A stretch of DNA of 64,000 nt from Arenicellales bacterium (GTDB lineage Bacteria > Pseudomonadota > Gammaproteobacteria > Arenicellales > JAJDZL01): positions 1,899,087 to 1,963,086 of the forward strand of contig OX638343.1 in NCBI GenBank assembly GCA_951813075.1, in the 5' to 3' direction. Positions 49,487 through 59,900 of the stretch are shown here, in pieces. Under the pieces are notes generated by a model that did not search any database, was not told the DNA's origin, and saw only the letters and a list, made by a program, of their open reading frames with translations. The translations under genes and the position numbers were made by a program. The first letter of the stretch is position 1; every line of letters starts with the position of its first letter.

Positions 49487-50014
49487 GTGGAAATCAAATC
49501 GTGCATTCGAACCGTTGTCGACTACCCCGAAGCCGGTGTACGGTTTCGCGACATCACGCCATTGCTAAAACACCCTTCAGCGTTTCGATTGTGTATCGAC
49601 CGACTTTATCAAAGATACCAGAACACCGAACTTGATGTCATAGCCACGCTGGATGCCAGAGGATTTTTATTCGGATCTGCCCTGGCGTATCTACTGGGTG
49701 TGCCGCTGATTCCGATTCGTAAGCAGAACAAGCTGCCAGGTGAGACGGTCAGCCTGGAATACAAATTGGAATACGGCACCAATTGTATTGAGATGCACGC
49801 CGATTCCATAGAGAAAAATGAACGCGTCATCCTGATTGACGATCTGATCGCTACTGGTGGAACCGCGCAGGCGGCGATTGAACTGCTGAACAAAATCGGC
49901 GGTGACGTTGTTGAGTGCGCAGTGGTGATTGAGTTGGTTGAACTTGGAGGAAGATCAAAGATATCGCCAGTGCCTCTGCACAGCCTCGTTACATTCACCG
50001 AAGACGAGATCTGA
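49487..50014 (+). CDS. apt: Adenine phosphoribosyltransferase
   Basis: 175 aa with PRPP-binding motif VILIDDLIATGGT and DYPEAGVRFRDITPLL at the N-terminus. GTG start. Confidence 0.9.
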   Translation: MEIKSCIRTVVDYPEAGVRFRDITPLLKHPSAFRLCIDRLYQRYQNTELDVIATLDARGFLFGSALAYLLGVPLIPIRKQNKLPGETVSLEYKLEYGTNCIEMHADSIEKNERVILIDDLIATGGTAQAAIELLNKIGGDVVECAVVIELVELGGRSKISPVPLHSLVTFTEDEI

Positions 50015-50227
50015 ACTATTTTGCCATTCGATATCCATGCATCAGCTCAGACACGATGCAGGAATCAGCGTTGCAGACAACCAAAGACCCAGGTTTCAGG
50101 ACACTGCGTCCTATTCCCATCATACACCCCATCATGGCCAGACTGACGTCCATGTCGATTGACGTTTCCTGACAAGCCTATCGTTTCGCACAGTTTTCCT
50201 CATCCGGGGAAATTCATATTTACTATC

Positions 50228-50255
50228 TTGATAACATACATTTGTATGCTATCAT
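50228..50255 (+). promoter_or_regulatory. Putative lexA promoter with an embedded palindromic operator
   Basis: -35 TTGATA (50228-50233), 16-nt spacer, -10 TATCAT (50250-50255). The 24-bp near-perfect palindrome GATAACATACATTTGTATGCTATC (50230-50253, 20 of 24 positions symmetric) spans the spacer, about 30 nt upstream of the lexA ATG. Confidence 0.6.
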
Positions 50256-50286
50256 ATCAGTTCTTTGATCAACTCGGATTTAAGTC

Positions 50287-50922
50287 ATGGCTTACACCAA
50301 ACCTGGAACAACCCGAAATAGAATCTATCGGTTCGTACGCGCACAATTGCTGGAAGGTCAGCCACCCACTGTGCGAGAAGTTCAAGAAAAGTTCGGGATG
50401 CGTTCAGTCCAGTCCGCCAGAAATCAACTAGACATCCTGGTCCGTGAAGGACTGCTGATCAAGCAAGCCGGTAAAGCACGCGGATTTCGATTACCCGGGA
50501 CGCATCGTCCGAGCAGTCTGGCCCCCGTTGTCGGAAACGTATCGGCAGGATACCTGAATGTCGCGGTTGAAAATATTGAAGGCTACATTCATGTCCAGTC
50601 ATTTTCGGATGAGAATACACTTTTCGCGCTTCGCGTCAAAGGTGACAGCATGATTGATGCCGGCATCTTGCATGGAGATATCGTACTGGTCCGACATCAG
50701 GCAGACATACACTCAGGTGACATCGTTGTAGCAATGGTTGAGGATGAAGCGACTGTCAAGGAATTTTGGAACGTAGAGGGAAAAATACAACTGCGACCAC
50801 GAAATGACAGTTATCCAACCCTCTTGCCGAACCCGGAAAATATTGTCATTCTTGGGAAGGTGATCGAAGTACGACGTCACCTGGAAGCAGGTCAACTGGT
50901 TGAGGATCACGTCAATGCCTGA
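50287..50922 (+). CDS. lexA: LexA repressor (S24 peptidase), first gene of the mutagenesis cassette
   Basis: wHTH N-terminus (PTVREVQEKFGMRSVQSARNQL), Ala-Gly cleavage site in VSAGYL, catalytic Ser in KGDSM and Lys in ATVKEF. Confidence 0.9.
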   Translation: MAYTKPGTTRNRIYRFVRAQLLEGQPPTVREVQEKFGMRSVQSARNQLDILVREGLLIKQAGKARGFRLPGTHRPSSLAPVVGNVSAGYLNVAVENIEGYIHVQSFSDENTLFALRVKGDSMIDAGILHGDIVLVRHQADIHSGDIVVAMVEDEATVKEFWNVEGKIQLRPRNDSYPTLLPNPENIVILGKVIEVRRHLEAGQLVEDHVNA

Positions 50923-51529
50923 ATCCGCTCTGCAGCCACTATCAAGACTTGTCCAGCCTTTTTCAGGCAACCAACCCGGATGGAATCTTCAAGAGGTCCA
51001 AGGCAGGCTGATTGAGATTTCCGAACCGCATCCAGTTGCGGCACTCAGTTTTTGTTTCCTGCTTGTGCGCGAGGTGCAGATGGCAGGCAGTTACGCAGCC
51101 TGGGTCGGTTCCATGGACAGCACCTTCTACCCACCGGACGCAGAAAAAAGTGGCATTGATTTGCGCAATCTGCCTATATTGCGTCTGACCGATGCGCGAA
51201 GTCTGGGACGGGCGACTGAAATCCTTCTGCGATCAGGAGCGTTCCAGTTGGTGTTGCTGGACCTTGGCCGCGATCACGCCATACCGGTCGCGCGTCTGGC
51301 GCAACTCAACGGACTGGTCCGCAAGCACAATGCCTGCGCTGTATTTATAACCCGTAAACAGCACGACGAACAGTCGGTGGGGCCGTTGATTTCACTACAT
51401 GCCCGAACTTCCCGGCAACGTGTCGAAACCAATTCCTTTTCCTGTCAACTCAAGATTCTACGCGATAAGCGGCGCGGCAAGAAATGGACCTGGCAGACGC
51501 GTCTGTCAGGTGTTGAAGGGTATTATTGA
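50915..51529 (+). CDS. imuA: ImuA-like (RecA/SulA-fold) translesion synthesis accessory protein
   Basis: About 204 aa between lexA and imuB. ATG 50915 overlaps the lexA stop. The call rests on size, position and a degenerate RecA-like sequence. Confidence 0.7.
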   Translation: MPESALQPLSRLVQPFSGNQPGWNLQEVQGRLIEISEPHPVAALSFCFLLVREVQMAGSYAAWVGSMDSTFYPPDAEKSGIDLRNLPILRLTDARSLGRATEILLRSGAFQLVLLDLGRDHAIPVARLAQLNGLVRKHNACAVFITRKQHDEQSVGPLISLHARTSRQRVETNSFSCQLKILRDKRRGKKWTWQTRLSGVEGYY

Positions 51530-51539
51530 CACAGCATCA

Positions 51540-53012
51540 ATGGGTAGTAGATTGTCTGATACACGCATCGCCTGCGTCTGCATTCCCAACTTCCCCATGC
51601 AACTGTCCAAGCGCGATCTGCCGGCAGATTTCAAGATGCCCATTGCACTCGTTGATCGGAATGACAGCCGATCAAGTGTTATCTCGGTCGATCGACTGGC
51701 GGCAAAACAGGGGGTCTATTCCGGCATGTCCTATGCCACTGCAATCGTTTTGTGTCCCGAACTGCATGCAGTCTGCCCGCACGCCGAGCAGATCAATCAG
51801 GTTCATCAACGGCTTGTCCGCCATCTGAACACATTCAGCCCCGCGGTGGAACCGGTACCGGAGATCCCGGGAGCCTATTACCTTGATGTTCGCGGCATGC
51901 ATCATCTGGAACCTGACTTGCATGCCTGGGGAGAGCGTATGCAGACCATCCTGTACGAACGCGAACAATTGCGCTCAAGTATTGTTTTCGGATTTACTCG
52001 CTTCGGAGTTCGCGCCGCAGCGTACTCGACAGATTCCATCATCATATTCGAATCCACTTCCAGCGAGTTGCAGACAGTCATGTCAATACCACTGGCGAAA
52101 CTCAACCTCTCTGCACGACCGCTTAAAGAACTCGAAAAACTTGGTGTCCACACTGTCGGCGATTTGCGAAGATTGCCTGAATGGGAGATCAGATCAAGAT
52201 TCACAGAAGAACTCTTTGACCTGGTACGAAAAGCGAAATCGGACGACGCTACTGTGTACGGCGTCGATCCCCCCAGACCTTACCGCGTACAAACAGATCT
52301 TGAATATGTGGAATCTGATGTGGACCGAATCGTTGAAATCATTCAGAAGATATGTCGGCCAGTGCTGGGTGAGATGAAAAAATATTCTGAAGGGGTGAGC
52401 AGGTTCGACCTTCGACTGACCAGGGACTTGGGTGGCACATGCAGGAAACGGATCAAGACCGCGGAGCCTACGCTTGATGAACCGACACTTCTTGATCTTC
52501 TGCGGTTGCAACTGCACGCTATCAATCTGGACGATGGTATCACTGCACTGGCGATCAATATTATCCCGGCGACCCTGCCAAGTTCCCAATTAAGTCTTTA
52601 TCAGGACTTCGCCAAATCGGAAAACAACCTGCTGGCCGCGAACAGAGCGCTCGCGCGTGTCCGTGCCGAATTCGGACCGGACCGCGTACTACAGGCACAT
52701 TGTCAGGCGTCGCATGTGCCGGAAGAGTCCTTTGAATGGAAATTGTTTGACCAGCTCAGAAAACCGTCGCCTGCACAACAGCAGACTGCGCGCCTCATCC
52801 GCCGGATACTCGACCGACCAAATCGAATTTCCACACCGCAGCGTGCCAAGCTGCTTCGCGTTTTTGGTCCCTATACAATCAGTGGATTCTGGTGGCGCAA
52901 TCGTAAAGTTCACCAGAACGAATATTTCATCGAAGCTTCAAACGGCTGTACACAGTGGATTTTCTATGACAGTGTCAGGCGCCAGTGGTATGAGCGAGGT
53001 CTGGTTCAGTAG
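51540..53012 (+). CDS. imuB: ImuB, Y-family DNA polymerase-like protein
   Basis: The N-terminus IACVCIPNFPMQ mimics the Y-family palm start. About 490 aa, directly upstream of dnaE2. The track ORF start at 51399 lies inside imuA. Confidence 0.8.
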   Translation: MGSRLSDTRIACVCIPNFPMQLSKRDLPADFKMPIALVDRNDSRSSVISVDRLAAKQGVYSGMSYATAIVLCPELHAVCPHAEQINQVHQRLVRHLNTFSPAVEPVPEIPGAYYLDVRGMHHLEPDLHAWGERMQTILYEREQLRSSIVFGFTRFGVRAAAYSTDSIIIFESTSSELQTVMSIPLAKLNLSARPLKELEKLGVHTVGDLRRLPEWEIRSRFTEELFDLVRKAKSDDATVYGVDPPRPYRVQTDLEYVESDVDRIVEIIQKICRPVLGEMKKYSEGVSRFDLRLTRDLGGTCRKRIKTAEPTLDEPTLLDLLRLQLHAINLDDGITALAINIIPATLPSSQLSLYQDFAKSENNLLAANRALARVRAEFGPDRVLQAHCQASHVPEESFEWKLFDQLRKPSPAQQQTARLIRRILDRPNRISTPQRAKLLRVFGPYTISGFWWRNRKVHQNEYFIEASNGCTQWIFYDSVRRQWYERGLVQ

Positions 53013-53014
53013 TC

Positions 53015-56000
53015 ATGTCGGCCAAGCTCACCTATGCTCCTTTGTGGTGCAAAAGCAATTACTCGTTTCTGAAGGGCGCGAGTTTTCCGCAACAGTATGT
53101 AAGTACAGCAGCGCAACTCGGACTCCAATCGATCGCACTGACTGACACCGATGGAATATACGGCATTGTCAAGGCACATCTGGCGGCAGTTGAGCACAGC
53201 ATTCATCTGATCGTCGGCTCACAGATCACGATCAACGATCCCGACCTGCCAGTTTTCAGTTTTCTGCTGCTTGTTCGGGATCGGGTTGGATACGCGAATC
53301 TTTGCAGCCTGATCACTGCTGGACGGCGACGATGTGAAAAAGGCAAAAGCGAGGTTACGCTTGATGAATGTTGTCAGCACTCGGAAGGACTGTATGGAAT
53401 ATGGCTGCCCCAAGGCATCAAAGCCCTGCAAAGTCAGGATTCAACTGATGTTCTCGGCATGATAAAGCAGGTATTCGGTGAGCGTTTCTTCATGATGATA
53501 TGCCGACACCGACAAGCGGGAGAACCCATTGTCGAAGCCCAGATAAGAACCTGCGCGCAGCGCTACAACATCCCAACCGTTGCGGCACAGGAGATTTTGT
53601 ATCACCACCGAACACTACGTCCAGTTCAGGATGTACTGTCCTGTATTCGACAGCACCAGACTCTCGCCAATTGCCAAGACCTGATTGAGTCGAATACCTG
53701 CCACGAACTGATTGATGCGGATCAGTTCCGGGAAATTTTCAAAGACGATCCTGCATCTGTAGAGGCCACGATCGAAATCGCCCGTGACTGCCATTTTCGA
53801 ATGGATGAAATGCGCTATATCTACCCCGAAGAGAAGGACCCAGATGGAATGACTGCCAGCCAGCGTCTGCAAAACCTTGCCCGACGCGGTGCACAACAGC
53901 GATATTCAGGAAATCCACCGAAGACGGTCAGCAACCAGATTGAGAAGGAAATCAAACTGATCAAGGAATTAGGCTATAGCAGCTATTTTCTGACAATGCA
54001 AAGAATTGTCGAGTGGTGCAAAAAACAGGACATTATGTGCCAAGGGCGCGGATCGGCTGCCAATTCGGCTGTTTGTTATTGCCTCGGTATCACACATATT
54101 GATCCTGTTGACATGAATCTGCTCTTTGAGCGATTCATGTCACGGGAACGGGATGAACCGCCCGATATCGACCTCGACATCGAACACGAAAGACGAGAAG
54201 AGGTTATTCAGTACGTCTACAGAACTTATGGCAGGGATCACGCTGCCATGGTGGCCGTTGTCATCCGATATCGAAGCCGGTCGGCAATACGCGATATCGG
54301 TGCGGTTCTCAGCCTCCCCGAACACGCGATACAGCGACTTTCGAAACAGGTCAATTCATATGGTGCCATCGAAGCCGACGATTTTGTCCGCGCCGGTCTG
54401 GATCCCTCGTTACACGCTCATCGTCTGCTGATGACCTTGTCCAATGCAATTATCGACTATCCAAGGCATCTGTCCATTCATCCCGGCGGGTTTGTGTTTA
54501 CTACCGGTCTGATCTATGAACTGATACCGGTAGAAAACGCGACCATGCCGGAACGCACTGTCATTCAGTGGGAAAAAGACGATATTGAAGCCATGAAGAT
54601 TTTCAAGGTCGACCTGCTCGGACTCGGTGCACTGACCCAACTGCATCGGTGTTTTGATCTGATCGCAGATCATCGAAATATCACAGTCAGCATGAACAAC
54701 ATACCCAAGGATGACGAACGGGTCTTCAAGATGCTGCGTAAGGCAGATACTACAGGTGTCTTTCAGATTGAGAGTCGCGCACAGATGAGCATGCTGCCCC
54801 GGCTGAAGCCTCGGCAATGGTACGATCTTGTGGTACAAATCGCGATTGTCCGTCCGGGGCCGATTTCAGGTGGCATGGTGCATCCTTATCTGCGCAGACG
54901 CGCAGGGCAAGAACCGGTCACCTATCCTCACCCATGTCTGGTTCCCGTACTGGGCAAAACGCTTGGAATCCCGATCTTCCAGGAACAGGTCATCAAACTG
55001 GCGATGGTCGCGGCGGACTATCAATCTGGTGAGGCCGACCAATTGCGACGTGACATGGCGGCCTGGCGCAGAACCGATCGGTTGGAGCGACACCGCGAGA
55101 AACTGATCGCCCGGATGACAGCAAAAGGCATTGAACAGAAATTTGCTGAGCAGGTATTCAATCAGATTCGAGGATTCGGAGAATACGGTTTTCCAGAATC
55201 ACATTCCGCCAGTTTTGCGTTGATCGCCTATGCCGCTTCCTATCTGAAATGTCATTATCCGGCCGAGTTCGCATGCTCACTGCTCAATTCGCAGCCGATG
55301 GGATTTTATTCTCCGGCAACAATCGTCGAAGATGCCAGAAGGCATGGTGTACAAATTCTCCCGGTAGATGTGTTGCGCAGCCAGCGAGATTGCACCATTG
55401 AAAGCGACCCGGAAAGTAGCGGTGGCTTCGCCCTCCGTATCGGGCTACGTTATGTCAAAGGGATCAGCAACAAAGACCTTGCAGCACTGGAATCAGTTCC
55501 CGAGAATCTGCACTCGATTGAAGAGCTGGTCCATCGCACCGGAATATCCAAAGTTGCTGTACAAAAACTGGCTGAAGCCGGCGCATTCAGAGATTTGAAC
55601 TTCAATCGCAGAACCGCCCTGTGGGCGGCGCTTGGTGTCCGTCCCCGGAAAGATCTCATTCCTGCTACTGGAAGTACACTCGAATTTACCCCTCTGAGTG
55701 CACATGAATCTACCACTTGGGACTATCAGAGTACGGGGGTCAGCAGTAGCGGACACATGCTGCGACACTACCGACAACAGATTCAGGCACAGGGACTGCC
55801 GGACGCCGCAGAAGTCAGCAATATGTCCGACGGATGCCACGTGCGATATGTCGGGATTGTCATCTGTCGACAACGTCCATCAAGTGCCGCCAATGTGGTT
55901 TTCATGACACTGGAAGATGAAACCGGTTTTGTGAATGCAGTATTCTGGCCACGCTGTTTTGAGCGTTATTCAGCACTCGCGAAATCGCTTTCGCTGATGG

Positions 56001-56116
56001 GCATTGAGGGGACCTTGCAGGTCGCTGAAAATGTTGTTCATCTGATCGTCGAACATGTCTGGGAGCCGATTGAACTGGTCATGTGGAAGGATTTCAAATC
56101 GCGGAATTTTCACTGA
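53015..56116 (+). CDS. dnaE2: Error-prone DNA polymerase DnaE2 (ImuC)
   Basis: 1033 aa, shorter than DnaE1. PHP-domain start YAPLWCKSNYSFLKGAS and a pol III alpha core (FQIESRAQM, FPESHSASFALIAY). Last gene of the lexA-imuA-imuB cassette. Confidence 0.92.
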   Translation: MSAKLTYAPLWCKSNYSFLKGASFPQQYVSTAAQLGLQSIALTDTDGIYGIVKAHLAAVEHSIHLIVGSQITINDPDLPVFSFLLLVRDRVGYANLCSLITAGRRRCEKGKSEVTLDECCQHSEGLYGIWLPQGIKALQSQDSTDVLGMIKQVFGERFFMMICRHRQAGEPIVEAQIRTCAQRYNIPTVAAQEILYHHRTLRPVQDVLSCIRQHQTLANCQDLIESNTCHELIDADQFREIFKDDPASVEATIEIARDCHFRMDEMRYIYPEEKDPDGMTASQRLQNLARRGAQQRYSGNPPKTVSNQIEKEIKLIKELGYSSYFLTMQRIVEWCKKQDIMCQGRGSAANSAVCYCLGITHIDPVDMNLLFERFMSRERDEPPDIDLDIEHERREEVIQYVYRTYGRDHAAMVAVVIRYRSRSAIRDIGAVLSLPEHAIQRLSKQVNSYGAIEADDFVRAGLDPSLHAHRLLMTLSNAIIDYPRHLSIHPGGFVFTTGLIYELIPVENATMPERTVIQWEKDDIEAMKIFKVDLLGLGALTQLHRCFDLIADHRNITVSMNNIPKDDERVFKMLRKADTTGVFQIESRAQMSMLPRLKPRQWYDLVVQIAIVRPGPISGGMVHPYLRRRAGQEPVTYPHPCLVPVLGKTLGIPIFQEQVIKLAMVAADYQSGEADQLRRDMAAWRRTDRLERHREKLIARMTAKGIEQKFAEQVFNQIRGFGEYGFPESHSASFALIAYAASYLKCHYPAEFACSLLNSQPMGFYSPATIVEDARRHGVQILPVDVLRSQRDCTIESDPESSGGFALRIGLRYVKGISNKDLAALESVPENLHSIEELVHRTGISKVAVQKLAEAGAFRDLNFNRRTALWAALGVRPRKDLIPATGSTLEFTPLSAHESTTWDYQSTGVSSSGHMLRHYRQQIQAQGLPDAAEVSNMSDGCHVRYVGIVICRQRPSSAANVVFMTLEDETGFVNAVFWPRCFERYSALAKSLSLMGIEGTLQVAENVVHLIVEHVWEPIELVMWKDFKSRNFH

Positions 56117-56136
56117 GACGCCTTTAAAAAACGACT

Positions 56137-56158
56137 GACGATCGAAAAACTGATCGTC
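56137..56158 (+). terminator. Possible terminator hairpin after dnaE2
   Basis: 7-bp stem GACGATC (56137-56143) pairing with GATCGTC (56152-56158), followed by a moderately T-rich stretch. Confidence 0.35.
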
Positions 56159-56279
56159 TGACAGTCATTGTTCGTTGTTGAAATTTCCACAATCTTTGGC
56201 AATGCCTATACTGCATTGCTCACATTAACAAGTACAATAGCATTTAATTTTCTGACTGTTGGTTGGCAAGGTACCTGCA

Positions 56280-56471
56280 ATGAATGAGAGTTTGGCAACG
56301 TGGGAATTGATAGCACTGGGCGCAATGGGATTGGTCGTGATCCTGTTTTTCTTTCCCGGGCTGCGGCGGATGAGTGAGGAGAGCAAGAAAGCGGAAAAGG
56401 ATTGGCCCGGTTTCCTGTTGCCAATCGGCGCAGTCATTCTGTTTGTTGTCCTGCTTATCGTGATGGTCTGA
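56280..56471 (+). CDS. Possible small two-TM membrane protein
   Basis: MNESLATWELIALGAMGLVVILFFFPGLRRMSEESKKAEKDWPGFLLPIGAVILFVVLLIVMV has two clean hydrophobic helices separated by a charged loop. No homology recognised. Confidence 0.35.
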   Translation: MNESLATWELIALGAMGLVVILFFFPGLRRMSEESKKAEKDWPGFLLPIGAVILFVVLLIVMV

Positions 56472-56507
56472 TGCAAATATCAAATCCAGAATCAGAGTTC
56501 CAAACAT

Positions 56508-57203
56508 ATGTCGAAAAAAGTCATTATCCTGCGACACATGCAGGAAAAGCGAGATGATCATATCGCCCGATTTCTTGAACGCGAACGGATCACACAGGTG
56601 CATGTCAATCCTGCCCACGGCATCCCGCTACCTGCAGATTCAAGCAGCTTTGATGCGCTGATCATCTATGGCGGCATCCAGAGCGCCAATGACGGCTCGG
56701 ACAAACCGTATATCGCACAAGAGCTTGACTGGATCACTCACTGGCTTGCTTCAGGTCGTCCAGCAATCGGTATTTGCCTCGGTGGACAGCTGATTGCCAA
56801 GTGCCTCGGTGCACAGGTTGCACCGCATCCGGACGGAATCAGAGAAATCGGTTTCCATGAACTGGAACCTGTTTCAGAATCAGATGCATTCCTGCAAGCG
56901 CCAGCTCATTTTTATCAATGGCATGGTGAGGGGTTTACGCTGCCGGATAACTGCGAACTTCTGGCGAAAGGAAAACAATTTCCCAATCAGGCATTTCGTT
57001 ATCAGTCCAATACTTACGGGTTACAGTTTCATCCGGAAGTATCGCGGGCGGTAATGAAGAGCTGGTTTGAAAAAGGAGGTCAGGCGCTGTCAATTACAGG
57101 TGCCCATTCTGCAGATCGACAACTGCAGGATGAGTCGCGGTACGGCGCACTGATGGAAAACTGGTGCCTCGACTTCATACAGGACTGGGCTGACCGCTGG
57201 TAA
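56508..57203 (+). CDS. Class-I glutamine amidotransferase domain protein (GATase1, GuaA-N-like)
   Basis: Nucleophile elbow GICLGGQLIA and the His-Glu dyad context LQFHPEV. Confidence 0.8.
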   Translation: MSKKVIILRHMQEKRDDHIARFLERERITQVHVNPAHGIPLPADSSSFDALIIYGGIQSANDGSDKPYIAQELDWITHWLASGRPAIGICLGGQLIAKCLGAQVAPHPDGIREIGFHELEPVSESDAFLQAPAHFYQWHGEGFTLPDNCELLAKGKQFPNQAFRYQSNTYGLQFHPEVSRAVMKSWFEKGGQALSITGAHSADRQLQDESRYGALMENWCLDFIQDWADRW

Positions 57204-57235
57204 CCTAGAGTCGCATGCTGTAACCGGGAGTTCCG

Positions 57236-59890
57236 ATGCATTTCAATTCATCAAACCAAGTTCAACGAACTTATCTGGTCGACTACCAGCCACCATCATT
57301 CCGGGTGCCTGACATCAATCTGGATTTTCTGCTGCACCCGACGGAAACGCTCGTCAAGTCGAGGATGACTGTCATTCGAACTCAAGAATCAGACGGGGGA
57401 TCTTTTCTGCTGAACGGGAAGAAATTAACCCTGAAATCAATCGAGATAGATGGAGAAAACCTTGACGAGAGCGAATACAGTCTGAATGAATCGGGACTTA
57501 CCGTGCATGATCCTCCCGACTCATTCGTATTGAGTATTTCGAATACGATTAATCCATCTCAAAACAAGGAGCTTTCGGGGCTCTACATTTCCCGTGATAT
57601 GCTATGCACGCAATGTGAAGCAGAGGGATTTCGCAATATCACCTATTTCCCCGATCGACCTGACATTCTAAGCCGATATACAGTCTACATTGCGGCATCG
57701 CGCGCAGACTACCCGGTTCTTCTATCCAACGGCGAGCTCATTGACAGTGGAATGATTTCAGAGTCGAGGCACTTCGCTTTATGGATAGACCCTCACCCAA
57801 AGCCCAGTTACCTGTTTGCACTGGTAGCGGGTAATCCCGCATTATTGGAGGATCAGTTTGTCACTCAATCCGGCAAATTTGTAACCCTCGAGTTCTATAC
57901 CCCGGAAGAGCACCTCGACAAATGCCGCCATGCTATGAACTGTCTTAAACGCGCAATGCGTTGGGATGAGGAAAAATACGGGTGTGAGTACGACTTGAAT
58001 CGGTACATGATTGTCGCGGTTGATCACTTCAACATGGGCGCAATGGAAAACAAAGGGTTGAATATCTTCAACTCGAAGTACGTCTATGCCAAACCGGACA
58101 CAGCAACTGATCAGGACTTTCATGCGGTAGAAAGTGTCATCGCCCATGAATACTTTCACAACTGGTCAGGAAACCGTGTGACGCTTCGCGACTGGTTTCA
58201 ACTAAGCCTGAAAGAAGGATTCACGATATTCCGCGAACAACAATTCAGTGCGGATATGGGGTCCGCTGCGGTGCAGAGAATTCGCGACATCAACATGGTC
58301 AAACTCCACCAGTTCCGAGAGGACGCGGGACCGGCGAGTCATGCTGTTCAACCCGACTCGTACCTGACGATCGACAACTTTTATACGATTACGGTCTATA
58401 ACAAAGGCGCGGAGTTGATTCGAATGCTATATCTGATGATCGGCGAGAAGGTGTTTCGAGCCGGTACCGACCTTTACTTCAATCGTTATGACGGGTCGGC
58501 CGCAACCATTGAGGACTTCATCGCCACAATGGAAGAGGTAAGCGACAGAGATTTTCTGCAGTTCCGGTTGTGGTACCAACTTGCCGGTACACCAAGAGTC
58601 TTCGTAACGAGACAATACGATACGGAAAACAATACCTACACATTGACGTTTGAACAAAGCAATTCAAATCTTCGGAATGGCCACGATTTCGAGCCGTTGC
58701 ATATTCCGATTCAAATTGCATTGCTGAATCAAGACGGCAAGCAGATGTCGATTACGTCTGATGCCGGTAAAAAGATTTCAGACAACGAATTGTTGGTCGA
58801 ACTGACAAAGCGAAAACAGTCGGCAACTTTTAACAATATCAATTCCAAGCCAGTGCCATCGCTGCTGCGCGGATTCAGTGCGCCAATCATACTCGATGAT
58901 CCAGAATCGGAAGGTGAGATGGACTTCATCATGGCAAACGACAACGATGCTTACTGCCAGTGGAATGCAGGACAACATCTGTCCAAGATGCAGGTACATA
59001 GCTTGATTGCAGATCTTCAGAACGGACGAGTACCGATTGTCGATGAGAAATTCCTGAATTCATTCAGCGCGGTATTGACAAAAGCCACAGACAAACCACA
59101 ATTCAGTGCAATGCTGCTTGAGACGCCATCCGAAATATCGATCGCCCAAACCATGAAAGTTGTCGACCCCATTGTCATTCATGATGCGCGAAAATTTCTA
59201 CTTGGTGAAATTGCCAGCTACTTCAATGAGCAAATTTTAGAACTATATAAGCGCCTTCAAGGCGACTGGGGCAATTCCGAACAGGCTGTAGGTAAGCGCG
59301 CGCTGCGTAATCTGTGTCTGTCATACCTTATTGAAGTCAATGATTCGACAGCGCAAGACCTTGCTTACCGGCAGTTCGAAACTGCGACAAACATGACCGA
59401 CCTCTCAGCAGCACTTACGGCGCTCGTGAATTCCGATAGTCCGAAAAAACTGGCGGCTCTGAACTCGTTCTATGAAAAATGGTGCGAAGACCAGGGCGTG
59501 ATCGACAAGTGGTTTCGTATCCAAGCGACAGCAGCAAGGCCGGATACCTATCAGAACGTGATCAGTCTGTCGCATCACTCTGCTTTCAGTATCTCCACTC
59601 CAAACCGGGTTTACTCGTTGATTGGTGCTTTCTGCAGCTCAAACCCCTATTGTTTCCATGCAAAAGATGGCAGCGGATACGATCTTCTCACCAAGTATGT
59701 CCTGAACATTGACCCGGACAATCCGCAGGCTGCAGCACAGTTGGCAGGCGCGTTTTCGGAAATTCGAAGATATGATGATCGAAGACAAAGAGCCATGCGG
59801 CATCGACTGGAATCCATCGCATCAAACAAGGCACTGTCAATTAATGTGTTTGAGGTTGTGGACCGAGTCTTGAAATCGTTCCAAACATGA
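57236..59890 (+). CDS. pepN: Aminopeptidase N (M1 family)
   Basis: 884 aa with the GAMEN exopeptidase motif and the HEYFHNWSGN...E zinc site. Confidence 0.95.
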   Translation: MHFNSSNQVQRTYLVDYQPPSFRVPDINLDFLLHPTETLVKSRMTVIRTQESDGGSFLLNGKKLTLKSIEIDGENLDESEYSLNESGLTVHDPPDSFVLSISNTINPSQNKELSGLYISRDMLCTQCEAEGFRNITYFPDRPDILSRYTVYIAASRADYPVLLSNGELIDSGMISESRHFALWIDPHPKPSYLFALVAGNPALLEDQFVTQSGKFVTLEFYTPEEHLDKCRHAMNCLKRAMRWDEEKYGCEYDLNRYMIVAVDHFNMGAMENKGLNIFNSKYVYAKPDTATDQDFHAVESVIAHEYFHNWSGNRVTLRDWFQLSLKEGFTIFREQQFSADMGSAAVQRIRDINMVKLHQFREDAGPASHAVQPDSYLTIDNFYTITVYNKGAELIRMLYLMIGEKVFRAGTDLYFNRYDGSAATIEDFIATMEEVSDRDFLQFRLWYQLAGTPRVFVTRQYDTENNTYTLTFEQSNSNLRNGHDFEPLHIPIQIALLNQDGKQMSITSDAGKKISDNELLVELTKRKQSATFNNINSKPVPSLLRGFSAPIILDDPESEGEMDFIMANDNDAYCQWNAGQHLSKMQVHSLIADLQNGRVPIVDEKFLNSFSAVLTKATDKPQFSAMLLETPSEISIAQTMKVVDPIVIHDARKFLLGEIASYFNEQILELYKRLQGDWGNSEQAVGKRALRNLCLSYLIEVNDSTAQDLAYRQFETATNMTDLSAALTALVNSDSPKKLAALNSFYEKWCEDQGVIDKWFRIQATAARPDTYQNVISLSHHSAFSISTPNRVYSLIGAFCSSNPYCFHAKDGSGYDLLTKYVLNIDPDNPQAAAQLAGAFSEIRRYDDRRQRAMRHRLESIASNKALSINVFEVVDRVLKSFQT

Positions 59891-59900
59891 GCTGTGTAGA

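Noticed and set aside
56225-56618. Three nested minus-strand ORFs (72-124 aa) in the dnaE2-GATase spacer.
   Set aside because: They are mutually overlapping, lack an RBS, and have biased Arg/Ser/His/Gln-rich composition. The plus-strand two-TM frame is the more plausible coding signal, if there is any.
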